Source: Prochlorococcus marinus str. NATL2A (lineage in GTDB: Bacteria; Cyanobacteriota; Cyanobacteriia; PCC-6307; Cyanobiaceae). Taken from it: a stretch of 32,000 bases of DNA. Both the position numbers and the translations under genes were made by a program. Location of the stretch: assembly GCF_000012465.1 (NCBI RefSeq), contig NC_007335.2, positions 840,001 through 872,000 on the forward strand, given 5' to 3'. Position 1 is the stretch's first letter; the number at the start of each line of letters is the position of its first letter. This document shows positions 1-8,813 of this stretch, in pieces. The notes under the pieces were generated by a model. It was not told where the DNA came from and did no database searches. It saw only the letters and a program-made list of their open reading frames with translations.

Positions 1-710
1 GTACTTTTTTACAACGTGCATATGATCAGTTGATCCATGATATTGGAATACAGAATTTACCTGTAACTTTCGTATTAGATAGAGCTGGAATTGTTGGTGC
101 TGATGGCCCAACTCATCAAGGGCAATATGACATTAGCTATTTAAGGTGTATTCCAAACTTTACTGTTATGGCTCCAAAAGATGAGTCTGAATTGCAGCAA
201 ATGTTGGTGACCTGTATTAATCACAATGGTCCATCAGCTCTAAGGATACCTAGAGGTTCTGGAGAAGGTGCAGCTTTGATGGAGGAAGGATGGGAATCTC
301 TGGAAATTGGTAAAGCTGAGACTTTAGAAGAGGGCGAAAACTTATTAATTATTGGTTATGGCTCTATGGTTTTCCCAGCAATTAGAACAGCAGCAATACT
401 TAAAGAATTTGGAGTCAATAGTACTGTTATTAACGCTCGCTTCATAAGACCATTAGATGAGGATACTATTCATGAGGCAGCAAAAAGAATTGGCAAAGTA
501 GTAACAATGGAAGAAGGAACACTATTGGGCGGCTTTGGATCTGCTGTTGTTGAATCTTTTAATGATAATGATATTTTTGTCCCTACATTAAGAATTGGAA
601 TACCAGACAAATTAGTTGATCATGCAACGCCACAACAAAGCAAAGAATCGCTTGGCTTGACACCAGAAATGATGGCTGATCAAATTAGAAATAAATTTAA
701 TTTTAATTAA
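1..710 (+). CDS. dxs: 1-deoxy-D-xylulose-5-phosphate synthase, C-terminal part (5' end lies outside the window)
   Basis: Frame 3 is open from the window edge ([48 protein letters not shown]...), which is typical of the DXS pyrimidine-binding and C-terminal domains. The TTG at 30 in the ORF track is internal, not the true start. Stop codon at 708-710. Confidence 0.9.
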   Translation, partial: TFLQRAYDQLIHDIGIQNLPVTFVLDRAGIVGADGPTHQGQYDISYLRCIPNFTVMAPKDESELQQMLVTCINHNGPSALRIPRGSGEGAALMEEGWESLEIGKAETLEEGENLLIIGYGSMVFPAIRTAAILKEFGVNSTVINARFIRPLDEDTIHEAAKRIGKVVTMEEGTLLGGFGSAVVESFNDNDIFVPTLRIGIPDKLVDHATPQQSKESLGLTPEMMADQIRNKFNFN

Positions 711-722
711 TTATCAAACAAT

Positions 723-757
723 AAAAAAAGGATTATTGATTAATAATCCTTTTTTTT
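723..757. terminator. Bidirectional rho-independent terminator between convergent dxs and psaK
   Basis: Perfect 8-bp stem GGATTATT (730-737) / AATAATCC (742-749) with a 4-nt loop GATT. It is flanked by an A-run (723-729) and a T-run (750-757), so it reads as hairpin plus U-tract on both strands. Confidence 0.75.
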
Positions 758-779
758 CTATTTAATTTAGAAACTTAAT

Positions 780-1040
780 TTATAAAACGCCTCTAGCAGC
801 AAGACCCAATATTGATCCTATTCCTAATACATGACCTAAGCAGTTTGCGGCTACAACAGAACCATGACTTAGCCCACCAAAAAATTGAGAATTAGGAATT
901 GGGAACCCTTCGTTTGGCTTTTCAATATTTGATCTTGCAATTGCATAAGCAAGTATATTGCAAATGATCATCACAACGGCACATTTTGGAGACCACTGAA
1001 ATGTCACTGGATCAGCTGCTGCTAATAATGTTGTGAGCAT
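780..1040 (-). CDS. psaK: Photosystem I reaction centre subunit PsaK
   Basis: 86 aa with an ATG start and two hydrophobic helices. The sequence (FQWSPKCAVVMIICNILAYAI...GGLSHGSVVAANCLGHVLGIGSILGLAARGVL) matches the cyanobacterial PsaK pattern. Confidence 0.85.
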   Translation of the reverse strand: MLTTLLAAADPVTFQWSPKCAVVMIICNILAYAIARSNIEKPNEGFPIPNSQFFGGLSHGSVVAANCLGHVLGIGSILGLAARGVL

Positions 1041-1110
1041 CTTTTATCCCTATTGAATAAATACATTATCAACCATAAAGATTGATTTTGCGTCAAATGT
1101 TACTTACCTC

Positions 1111-1455
1111 TTAAGAGTTTTTTACTTCTGCTTTATTTTTAAATGACTGGAGCATCAAAACAAAACCGTAAACAACAAATGCATCGCTAATCGTTAAGAA
1201 CGATTCTGCTAGTCCATGCAGTACATCAACATTTGTTAATTCATCCCCAAAATAAATTTGTGCGATTATTGCAAAAACAATCGTCATGAATACAAATAAA
1301 AGAGTTAACTTAAAGCCAATAAATGATATTTTTGGTATCGCTTTTGTTTTGCCCGCGTAACGCAGAAATACTAGATAAGGGATTAGTGAAATGACGAAAA
1401 ATGGACTGGGGTCAATTCGTGCTATTGAATCAAGACTAAGAATTGAAATATTCAT
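1111..1455 (-). CDS. Small integral membrane protein (about 3 TM), DUF3593-like, function unknown
   Basis: 114 aa with an ATG start that overlaps the upstream ORF stop (ATGA at 1452-1455). It has three hydrophobic segments and no Cys. The family name is recalled from memory, not searched. Confidence 0.6.
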   Translation of the reverse strand: MNISILSLDSIARIDPSPFFVISLIPYLVFLRYAGKTKAIPKISFIGFKLTLLFVFMTIVFAIIAQIYFGDELTNVDVLHGLAESFLTISDAFVVYGFVLMLQSFKNKAEVKNS

Positions 1456-1760
1456 TGGTTCGATTGTGATGACTCAGACCTAAACAAGTTCCAAGCAGCA
1501 AATGCAAGACATATATTTCCTACAGTTGTAAGAGCCGCCTGTAGTACAACTAATCCTTTTAATTCAATACTGTTGTCGAATATATGCCATGTGATTGCTG
1601 CCATAGCACTAGCTAAATTTGGCAACATTGCTAAAGCAAAATAACCCAAAGCCTTGTTATTGGTTATTGATGAAATATAGTCAATTATTATTATTGCAAT
1701 TGCCCACTCAAATAGAGTCGCAATATGGATAAACCATGTTCCTAAAGATAGTTCATGCAT
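1452..1760 (-). CDS. Small integral membrane protein (about 3 TM), DUF2499 / Ycf49-like, function unknown
   Basis: 102 aa. The ATG at 1758-1760 overlaps the peroxiredoxin stop by 8 nt (ATGCATGA). It has three hydrophobic segments. The family name is recalled from memory. Confidence 0.6.
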   Translation of the reverse strand: MHELSLGTWFIHIATLFEWAIAIIIIDYISSITNNKALGYFALAMLPNLASAMAAITWHIFDNSIELKGLVVLQAALTTVGNICLAFAAWNLFRSESSQSNQ

Positions 1761-2307
1761 ATATTTTTTGTTGTTTAGTAAGCTCTTTTAAAACTTCTTG
1801 AGCATGTCCAATTGGTCTTACTCCTATCCATTTATATACAACTATACCTTCTGGGTTGATCAGAAATGTATTTCTTTTTGAGTAGGGATCTAACCATGAA
1901 TCGTATGACTTGCTAATTACTGAATTTGCATCTGATAGTAATGTATATCCAAGATTTTCGGATGTACAAAATGATTCGTGCTCTTCTTCACTATCTGCAC
2001 TGATCCCAACTATTGAGGCATTAATTTTATTATATTTAGAAAGATTATCCTGAAAATTTTTAGCCTCTAATGTACAACCACTTGAGAAATCTTTAGGATA
2101 AAAATATAAAACTAACCATTTTTTTGAAAAATCATCCAATGACCATTGCTTTTTATTTGGGCTGTTTTTGTTATATCCATTCAACAAAAAATTGGGTGCC
2201 TTTTTGCCAATTTTAACTGAATTTATACTTGCAAATAGTCTCGAAGGTTTAATAAATAAAATACTAGAAAATAAAATAAAGGATTTTATAAATTCACTTC
2301 TTTTCAT
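1753..2307 (-). CDS. bcp: Peroxiredoxin of the PrxQ/BCP family with an N-terminal signal-like sequence
   Basis: 184 aa. It has the thioredoxin-fold peroxidatic motif LVLYFYPKDFSSGCTLEAKNF. The N-terminus MKRSEFIKSFILFSSILFIKPSRLFA looks like a signal peptide. Confidence 0.85.
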   Translation of the reverse strand: MKRSEFIKSFILFSSILFIKPSRLFASINSVKIGKKAPNFLLNGYNKNSPNKKQWSLDDFSKKWLVLYFYPKDFSSGCTLEAKNFQDNLSKYNKINASIVGISADSEEEHESFCTSENLGYTLLSDANSVISKSYDSWLDPYSKRNTFLINPEGIVVYKWIGVRPIGHAQEVLKELTKQQKIYA

Positions 2308-2323
2308 TTGATAAAAATCAAAT

Positions 2324-2560
2324 TTAAAGTTTGTTTAAATCAACCCCTAATGATTTGGCATATTTTCCTAAACCTTTTTTTTGAATAGTTTTTAGTGCTC
2401 TTGTCGTAACTCTTATATTAATCCATTTGTTTTCTTCTTCCCACCACAATCTACGCTGCTGCAAATTTGCTTGCTGCAATTTTTTAGTTCTGATATGGGA
2501 ATGGCTGACTGACATTCCGTTATTAGCCCTTGTGCCTGTAAGTTGGCAAACTCTAGACAT
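2324..2560 (-). CDS. rpmB: 50S ribosomal protein L28
   Basis: 78 aa. [34 protein letters not shown] is the canonical L28 N-terminus. Confidence 0.95.
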   Translation of the reverse strand: MSRVCQLTGTRANNGMSVSHSHIRTKKLQQANLQQRRLWWEEENKWINIRVTTRALKTIQKKGLGKYAKSLGVDLNKL

Positions 2561-2605
2561 TTTTTAATCTTATTCGTTTATTTATTCTATCAAATGAGGT
2601 TGAGT

Positions 2606-4510
2606 TTATACGAAATTTTTCATTAATTTCCCTAGCAGCTCAGCATTTCTATTTTGAAAAGCTGCTATATCTTTGTTCTCAAGCCCTCCAATTGATAGTT
2701 TTGCCATCTCATAAACATGTATAGCGATGTCGCTAGCTAATTGACCTTCTTCTGATTTACTGGATCCTTCAATAACTATTTGGTTAGAATTTAGCTTGAG
2801 TAAGCCTTGAATAAGTGGGTGGTTTGAATTGACTATTAAATTATGATATTCGGGAAGACCAGGCAGTTTCTGTTCCATTAATGCTGTTATATCATTTATT
2901 CTTCTCATTTGTTCTGGTAACAAAATTAATGAAGGTGGTGAATTATCACCTTTTAAATTCTGTATTTGTACTGTGACTTTTTCATTGTTTAAAGCCGAAC
3001 TAATAATTTTTTTAAGTGTTTCTGACTTTGTATTTCCGTCTTTATCTGCAATCTCAGGCGAATCATCTTTAATACTTTCGTCCAGTTCGGAATCGACTCT
3101 TACAAAATTTATTTCTTTATTTTTTTCCTCTAGCCAAGGAATAAACTGAGTATCAATAACAGTATCAAGTTTTAAGACCTCTTTACCTTGTGAAGTCCAC
3201 ATATTGAGTGCTGTTGATTGAGAGACTTCATCTGTTGAATATAAAATCTTTTTGTTCTCATCAGTAAGCCTATTCTTATATCCTTCTAGGGTAGTAAATG
3301 TTTTTGAACCAGATTTTACCAACCCGTTATTCTCTTCATTATCTTCAACAGGAACTTTTGTTGTTGAATATAAAATTATATCTTTTACTTGTTCGGCAAA
3401 TTTCTCATCTTCCATAGCTCCAATTTTTATAAAGGGGGCTATTGAGTCCCATATGTCAGCATAAAATTGGGTTTCATCCTTCTTTAATGTTTTAAGCTTA
3501 TCGGCTAATTTCTTAGCAATAAAGTTACCTATAGATTTAACTCTTCTGTCTGATTGTAATGCGCTTCTACTAACATTTAAGGGAATGTCTGGTGAATCTA
3601 TCACACCCCTCAACGGTAATAGATATCTAGGAACTATCTCTTTAATTGAGTCACTAACAAAGACCTGATTACAGAAAAGTTTTATTTCACCACTTTCCCA
3701 ATCTGCTCTTCCACTTATCTTTGGAAAATATAATATTCCTTGCAAATTATATGGATAGTCAGTATTTAGGTGAACCCATAAGAGAGGATCTCCTTGAAAG
3801 GGATAGAGATATTTATAGAGTTCAATATAATCTTCATCTTTAAGATTTTGTTTGCTTTCTCTCCATGGTGGATTCATTTTATTGATAACTTCTTCTTCAA
3901 GTGAGATTTCAATAGGCATGAAATCACAATATTTTTTAATTAATGTCTTAATTCTGCTTGGTTCTATATATTCAATTTCTTCTTCCATTAAATGTAAAAT
4001 TATATCTGTACCTATCTCTTCTTTATCTGATTCATCAAGTGTATATTGAGGCGATCCATTGCATTTCCATTGAATAGCTTGTGAGTCATTCTTTGCTGAT
4101 TTAGTTATTATTTCAACTTCTTCTGCAACCATAAAACTTGAGTAAAAACCGAGTCCAAAATGACCTATAAAACCATCATCAGGTTGCTTATATTTTTCAA
4201 GAAATTCTTCTGCGCTTGAGAAAGCTACTTGATTAATATATTTCTTAATTTCATCACTAGTCATTCCTATTCCATTGTCACTAATGGTCAATGTCTTATG
4301 CTCTCTGTCAATCGAAATTTTTATTTTTTCATCGTCAGCAGCGACACAATCTCCTGCAAAGGCGGCCATTTTCCTTTTCTTGATTGCATCTACGGAGTTA
4401 CTTATAAGCTCTCTAATAAATATCTCATGATCTGAGTAAACTGCTTTTTTTATTATTGGAAATATATTTTCTGTGTGAATAAGAATTGTTCCTTCTTCTT
4501 TAACGGGCAT
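2606..4510 (-). CDS. htpG: Molecular chaperone HtpG (Hsp90)
   Basis: 634 aa with GHKL ATPase motifs (ELISNSVDA, ISDNGIGMT, GHFGLGFYSSFMV) followed by Hsp90 middle and C-terminal regions. Confidence 0.95.
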   Translation of the reverse strand: MPVKEEGTILIHTENIFPIIKKAVYSDHEIFIRELISNSVDAIKKRKMAAFAGDCVAADDEKIKISIDREHKTLTISDNGIGMTSDEIKKYINQVAFSSAEEFLEKYKQPDDGFIGHFGLGFYSSFMVAEEVEIITKSAKNDSQAIQWKCNGSPQYTLDESDKEEIGTDIILHLMEEEIEYIEPSRIKTLIKKYCDFMPIEISLEEEVINKMNPPWRESKQNLKDEDYIELYKYLYPFQGDPLLWVHLNTDYPYNLQGILYFPKISGRADWESGEIKLFCNQVFVSDSIKEIVPRYLLPLRGVIDSPDIPLNVSRSALQSDRRVKSIGNFIAKKLADKLKTLKKDETQFYADIWDSIAPFIKIGAMEDEKFAEQVKDIILYSTTKVPVEDNEENNGLVKSGSKTFTTLEGYKNRLTDENKKILYSTDEVSQSTALNMWTSQGKEVLKLDTVIDTQFIPWLEEKNKEINFVRVDSELDESIKDDSPEIADKDGNTKSETLKKIISSALNNEKVTVQIQNLKGDNSPPSLILLPEQMRRINDITALMEQKLPGLPEYHNLIVNSNHPLIQGLLKLNSNQIVIEGSSKSEEGQLASDIAIHVYEMAKLSIGGLENKDIAAFQNRNAELLGKLMKNFV

Positions 4511-4640
4511 GTCTTGTCTAAATTTTTATTATCATAGCGATACAAATTTCTATTTAGGCGTTAAATGCAAAAGTGTTATTGATTACAGCTCAATAGTTTT
4601 CAATTCCTGACAATTATTAAAAATTTAAGGCTAATTTATA

Positions 4641-5816
4641 TCAATCTATCCATTCTATTTTATTACATCTGTTAGTTTTTAAGAGTTGATTTGTTTCATC
4701 AATTGTCTTTAAAGGTTCATGTGAAATTACTGAAATAATCCCCTTTCTATGCAATTCCTTTTGTTGTTTTAATGCTTTATACAAATTGGCACTTTGCTTA
4801 TATGCGATTAAAACTTTTACATTATTAACAAGTTTTTCTTTGCTTGTGGAGACTAATTCTCTAACTTTATCAACGCTAATACTAAAACCAATTCCATAGC
4901 AATTTTGGGCGCTTGAACTAAATTTTTTAACTAAATCATCATATCTACCACCTTTGGCAATAGTAACAGGAGCACTTGTTGATGATGAAACAAGAGAAAA
5001 TGTTAATCCACTATATAATTTATATTTGGTTCCTAATGTAGGGTCTAGTTGTACTTCTATTCCTTTCTCTTTAGCTAATGGCTCAATAATGGTAAATAAT
5101 TCCTCTAGTTTATCAATGTATGAATTTGAGCCATATATGTTTTGTAGATTAGTTAACACTTTTTCAGGTTTTCCTCTCATATTCATGATGGTTTTGATAA
5201 ACATTCTTTGTTCTTCTTTTACATCAAGTGTAGTCAATGCTATGTAATCAAGATCGGAGAGAATTTTTTTTATTTGGTCTATCTTGGTTGAATCAAATGA
5301 GCTTAAAATAAGTTCCAATAGATATGTATTTCCAATAAGCAATGTCATTTTATATTTTTGATCAATTTCAATTACTTCTAATGATTCGATGAGAAGAGAT
5401 AGAAGTTCTATTTCTGCATTAATTGCTTTTGTTCCTATCAATTCAACTCCGCTTTGAAATGACTCTTCAATATCAATACCACCATCAATGCTTTGATTGC
5501 ATTTGAATGAGGTTCCTGCTGACCAAAAACGAAGTGGCCTTTCATATTCATTAAATCTAGTAGAGGCAGCTCGAACAATTGACGCTGTTATTTCAGGTCT
5601 TAATCCAAGAGGTTCATCAGAAACGATTTTTAGTATTTCATTGTTCGAAATCCCACCAGCTGCCGTCAGTGTGTCTAGACGTTCTATGTGCGGCGGTGAT
5701 ATTCGCTCATATCCCCATAGTTGATATAGAGAGGAAAGTTTTGATGCAATGAGATGGTTCTTTCTTACTTGCTGAGGATTTAAGTCGCGCGCACCCGAGG
5801 CAGGTTGCAATGTCAT
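4641..5816 (-). CDS. hisZ: ATP phosphoribosyltransferase regulatory subunit HisZ (HisRS paralogue)
   Basis: 391 aa with a class-II HisRS-like core (GARDLNPQQ..., LRFWSAGTSFK, GGRYDDL) but no anticodon-binding-type C-terminus. This is the typical cyanobacterial hisZ. Confidence 0.85.
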   Translation of the reverse strand: MTLQPASGARDLNPQQVRKNHLIASKLSSLYQLWGYERISPPHIERLDTLTAAGGISNNEILKIVSDEPLGLRPEITASIVRAASTRFNEYERPLRFWSAGTSFKCNQSIDGGIDIEESFQSGVELIGTKAINAEIELLSLLIESLEVIEIDQKYKMTLLIGNTYLLELILSSFDSTKIDQIKKILSDLDYIALTTLDVKEEQRMFIKTIMNMRGKPEKVLTNLQNIYGSNSYIDKLEELFTIIEPLAKEKGIEVQLDPTLGTKYKLYSGLTFSLVSSSTSAPVTIAKGGRYDDLVKKFSSSAQNCYGIGFSISVDKVRELVSTSKEKLVNNVKVLIAYKQSANLYKALKQQKELHRKGIISVISHEPLKTIDETNQLLKTNRCNKIEWID

Positions 5817-5858
5817 TATTTGAATCTTTTTATTTCTTAAGGATCACATAAATTAAGA

Positions 5859-6725
5859 CTATTTTCCACCATAAGAGTTAGGGGTTAATGGTTTAATTTT
5901 TCCAAGTTCTTTTATGAGCTCATTTTGTATCTCTGGATTACAAGCAAGAATTCTGCCGTTATTGAGATCAAAATCTCCGGAAGGATAATTGGAAACTATT
6001 CCACCCGCCATTTCGACTAGTGGTACTCCTGCTGCCATATCCCATTTTGCAAGTCCACGTTCCCAAAAACCATCAACTTTGCCTGAGGCTACAAATGCTA
6101 GATCTACAGCGGCTGCTCCTCCTCTTCTTACCCCATGGGTAAGATGGGTTAGCCAACAAAATTCTGAATAATTATTATCTAATACTTCTCGTCGGTCATA
6201 TGCGAAACCTGTAACTAAGAGTGAATCAGATAAGGAATTCGTGTTCGTTACATTTATTTTTTCGCCATTACAATATGATCCATGTTCTGGAGAAGCGTAA
6301 TAAATTTCATTCAAAGAAGGTACTGATATTGCTCCCAATATTGGTTTGCTATTCCAAATTAAACCTATTGAAGTTGCGAAAAATGGATATCCATGGGCAT
6401 AGTTAGTTGTTCCATCAAGAGGGTCTATACACCATTTTAATTCACCATCCTTTGACTTATATCCACTTTCTTCAGCAAGAATAGAAATGTAAGGAGTCTC
6501 TTTTTCTAAATATTCTATTATTAATTTTTCACATTCTATATCTGCATTAGTAACAAGATCTCCAGCAGTTCCCTTACATTTTATCGTTTTAATCCTTCCA
6601 TAATTATTCATTAGAGATGCTCCCCCTCTTTCTGCGGCCTGCTTGGCAAGTTCTAATAATTTATTAATTTCATCTTTACCCAGACCTGCATTCAAAGCAG
6701 CGGTTTTACAAGATGGTATAACCAT
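5859..6725 (-). CDS. Inositol monophosphatase-family phosphatase (SuhB/HisN-like); substrate not determinable from the sequence
   Basis: 288 aa with IMPase metal-binding motifs LAEESG, WCIDPLDGTTNY and WDMAAG. It lies 42 nt upstream of hisZ on the same strand. Confidence 0.85.
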   Translation of the reverse strand: MVIPSCKTAALNAGLGKDEINKLLELAKQAAERGGASLMNNYGRIKTIKCKGTAGDLVTNADIECEKLIIEYLEKETPYISILAEESGYKSKDGELKWCIDPLDGTTNYAHGYPFFATSIGLIWNSKPILGAISVPSLNEIYYASPEHGSYCNGEKINVTNTNSLSDSLLVTGFAYDRREVLDNNYSEFCWLTHLTHGVRRGGAAAVDLAFVASGKVDGFWERGLAKWDMAAGVPLVEMAGGIVSNYPSGDFDLNNGRILACNPEIQNELIKELGKIKPLTPNSYGGK

Positions 6726-6871
6726 GACTATTGTTTTTATTTATATTAATCGTCTACTATTGGTAGATTCTATTTATCTTTAAATCAATTTATTCTCATT
6801 AATAAATTAATGATTACTAGGAACTTGTTTGGTATAAAAGTATTTAATAAATAAATCCGATAGTTAAATTT

Positions 6872-6900
6872 TTAACATGACCTCTCTTGTGGTATATATT
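6872..6900 (+). promoter_or_regulatory. Candidate sigma70-type promoter for tRNA-Ser
   Basis: TTAACA (6872-6877), a 17-nt spacer, then TATATT (6895-6900). This would place a TSS about 30-35 nt upstream of the mature tRNA 5' end. Motif match only. Confidence 0.3.
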
Positions 6901-6940
6901 TAAATTCAGCATTTGAGAGACATTTCATGGCTGATTCCAA

Positions 6941-7027
6941 GGAGAGGTGGCCGAGTGGTTGAAGGCGCAGCACTGGAAATGCTGTATAGGGGCAACCCTA
7001 TCGAGGGTTCGAATCCCTCTCTCTCCG
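6941..7027 (+). tRNA. tRNA-Ser (anticodon GGA), class II with a long variable arm; CCA not encoded
   Basis: Hand-folded. Acceptor stem GGAGAGG/TCTCTCC with one G-U pair. D-arm GGCC-GAGTGGTTGAA-GGC. Anticodon stem CAGCA/TGCTG with loop CTGGAAA. Long variable arm TATAGGGGCAACCCTATC. T-arm GAGGG-TTCGAAT-CCCTC. Discriminator G at 7027. Confidence 0.93.
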
Positions 7028-7063
7028 TATCGCAAGCTAACTTTTAATAAAAAAGCTTTAGTG

Positions 7064-7867
7064 TTATCCAAATTTTCCAGAGATATAGTCTTGAGTCGAT
7101 TTTTGCTTTGGTGAATTGAACATGTTTTTTGTTTTATCAAACTCAACTAAAAATCCAATTTTTCCACCTAAATCCTTATCTTTTTTCTCTGTGTTGAAAA
7201 AAGCTGTGTAATCACTGACTCTATTAGCTTGTTGCATATTGTGCGTAACAATAATGATTGTAAAATTCTTCTTTAATTCGTGAATTGTCTCTTCAATTTT
7301 TAATGTAGATAATGGATCAAGTGCTGAGCATGGCTCATCCATTAAGATCACATCAGGTTCAATAGCGATTGTCCTTGCTATGCATAATCTTTGTTGTTGA
7401 CCGCCAGATAATGAATAACCACTTTCGTTTAATTTATCTTTGCACTCATCCCAAACAGCTGCCTTTGTAAGAGATTCTTCTACTAATTGATCCATATTAC
7501 CTTTATATCCATTAACTCTTGCACCAAAGGCAATATTTTCGTAAATACTTTTAGGAAAAGGATTTGGTTGTTGAAAAACCATTCCAATTCTTCTTCTAAC
7601 TTCAACTGGATCTATATCCTCTGCATATATATCTATCCCTTCAAAAATAACACTACCTGATAATTTGCAACCTTCTATTAAATCGTTCATACGATTGATT
7701 GCTCTAATGACGGTTGATTTACCACATCCTGATGGACCAATAAAAGATGTAACTTGATTCTTTTCAATATCACAAAACACATTTTTAACTGCAACTGAAT
7801 TGCCATATCTAATTGATACATTATCTAGTGAGACTGAAGATGTAGTTTTTATATTTTTTTTATTCAT
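7064..7867 (-). CDS. pstB: Phosphate ABC transporter ATP-binding protein PstB
   Basis: 267 aa with Walker [10 protein letters not shown], signature LSGGQQQR and Walker [12 protein letters not shown]. The PstB-typical C-terminus is present, and the gene lies downstream of pstC and pstA. Confidence 0.93.
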   Translation of the reverse strand: MNKKNIKTTSSVSLDNVSIRYGNSVAVKNVFCDIEKNQVTSFIGPSGCGKSTVIRAINRMNDLIEGCKLSGSVIFEGIDIYAEDIDPVEVRRRIGMVFQQPNPFPKSIYENIAFGARVNGYKGNMDQLVEESLTKAAVWDECKDKLNESGYSLSGGQQQRLCIARTIAIEPDVILMDEPCSALDPLSTLKIEETIHELKKNFTIIIVTHNMQQANRVSDYTAFFNTEKKDKDLGGKIGFLVEFDKTKNMFNSPKQKSTQDYISGKFG

Positions 7868-7898
7868 TATATTATTTTATTATTAGTTTTGGTCATAA

Positions 7899-8813
7899 TC
7901 ATACTTTATTTTTTGAAAAAGCACCAAGTGTGCCTATCCATCTTGAAAGGATATTAAGACTTAAAAGTACAACAACTAATATGAATGATGCTGCCCATGC
8001 TAGTTGATTTTGGGCTTCATATGGTTCAAGTGCAAAATTGTAAATTAACACTGATAATGAACCCATTTCATAGAAAAGATCATCAAAACTTGTAATGTAG
8101 TAACGGGAGAAAAGAGCTGTAAATATTAATGGAGCTGTTTCTCCTGCGGCCCTGGCGAGTGCTAATAATACGCCTGTAGAAATTGAACTAAATGCTGCTG
8201 GTAATGTAATATTTGTTATCATTGTGAATTTTGATGCACCAACTCCAAATGCAGCTCTTCTCATGTCATTTGGAACTAATTTAAGTGCTTCATCAGTAGT
8301 TTTTATTATTGTTGGCACCATTAAAATTGAAAGTGATATTCCGCCTGCAATACCGCTAAACATTGAACCAAATAGTATTTTGGTAGAGACAATAATTGCG
8401 TATATAAATACACCAGCAATTATAGAAGGAACCCCTGCAAGTACATTTGATCCAAACCTTATAAATTTAGCAAACTTTCCTGATTTTGAATATTCGGCAA
8501 GATATATTCCACCTCCTACTCCAACAGGTATTGATATTATTGAAGCTATAACTGACATTATAAAAGTTCCAGTAATTGCTGGCCCTATTCCTCCAGCTGA
8601 GAGAAGATCATCTCCGGGTGGCTCGGGTTCAAGTATTAATGTATCTAAGTTTATATAACTTCCACCTTTAATTAATACATAGCTTATGACTAATATTAAA
8701 GGAAGTACAGATATGATAGCAAAAAGAGCAGAAGCTATAGTTAAGGCTTTATTCCCAATATTTCTAGTTAGAGAGGGATTATAAGTTAGTGATTTTTTTG
8801 AAGTGTATTTCAT
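7899..8813 (-). CDS. pstA: Phosphate ABC transporter permease PstA
   Basis: 304 aa polytopic permease with an EAA-like loop (ALARAAGETAPL). Its ATG directly abuts the pstC stop. Confidence 0.9.
   Translation of the reverse strand: MKYTSKKSLTYNPSLTRNIGNKALTIASALFAIISVLPLILVISYVLIKGGSYINLDTLILEPEPPGDDLLSAGGIGPAITGTFIMSVIASIISIPVGVGGGIYLAEYSKSGKFAKFIRFGSNVLAGVPSIIAGVFIYAIIVSTKILFGSMFSGIAGGISLSILMVPTIIKTTDEALKLVPNDMRRAAFGVGASKFTMITNITLPAAFSSISTGVLLALARAAGETAPLIFTALFSRYYITSFDDLFYEMGSLSVLIYNFALEPYEAQNQLAWAASFILVVVLLSLNILSRWIGTLGAFSKNKV

Noticed and set aside
6726-6940. Small-ORF and sRNA scan of the 215-nt suhB-like/tRNA-Ser spacer, and of the other spacers over 80 nt
   Set aside because: The longest ORFs I could read are about 8-21 codons, with no SD or recognisable family (no hli-, psb- or pet-like small proteins). 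The spacers are too AT-rich to suggest structured RNAs. Only a candidate tRNA promoter was retained.
7028-7063. A possible terminator hairpin between tRNA-Ser and pstB (AAGCT 7034-7038 / AGCTT 7054-7058)
   Set aside because: The stem is only 5 bp with a 15-nt loop, and no U-tract follows it on either strand. It is not credible as an intrinsic terminator.
6925-7146. A 73-aa minus-strand ORF spanning the tRNA-Ser gene and the 3' end of pstB
   Set aside because: It lies antisense across a well-folded tRNA gene and overlaps the pstB coding end. It has no recognisable protein features, so it is an artefact of ORF calling.
8224-8658. A 144-aa plus-strand ORF antisense to pstA, plus similar short antisense or alternate-frame ORFs (3252-3464, 3852-4049, 4229-4435, 4954-5247, 5497-5724, 5989-6171, 6221-6406, 8947-9150, 9313-9525, 9640-9852, 11174-11356, 11498-11698, 12297-12482, 14382-14606, 17803-18012, 18872-19195, 31122-31331)
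   Set aside because: All are nested within confidently identified conserved genes. Those whose start codon I read use non-ATG starts (GTG at 8224). Their sequences are low-complexity with no recognisable motifs. I treat them as shadow ORFs.
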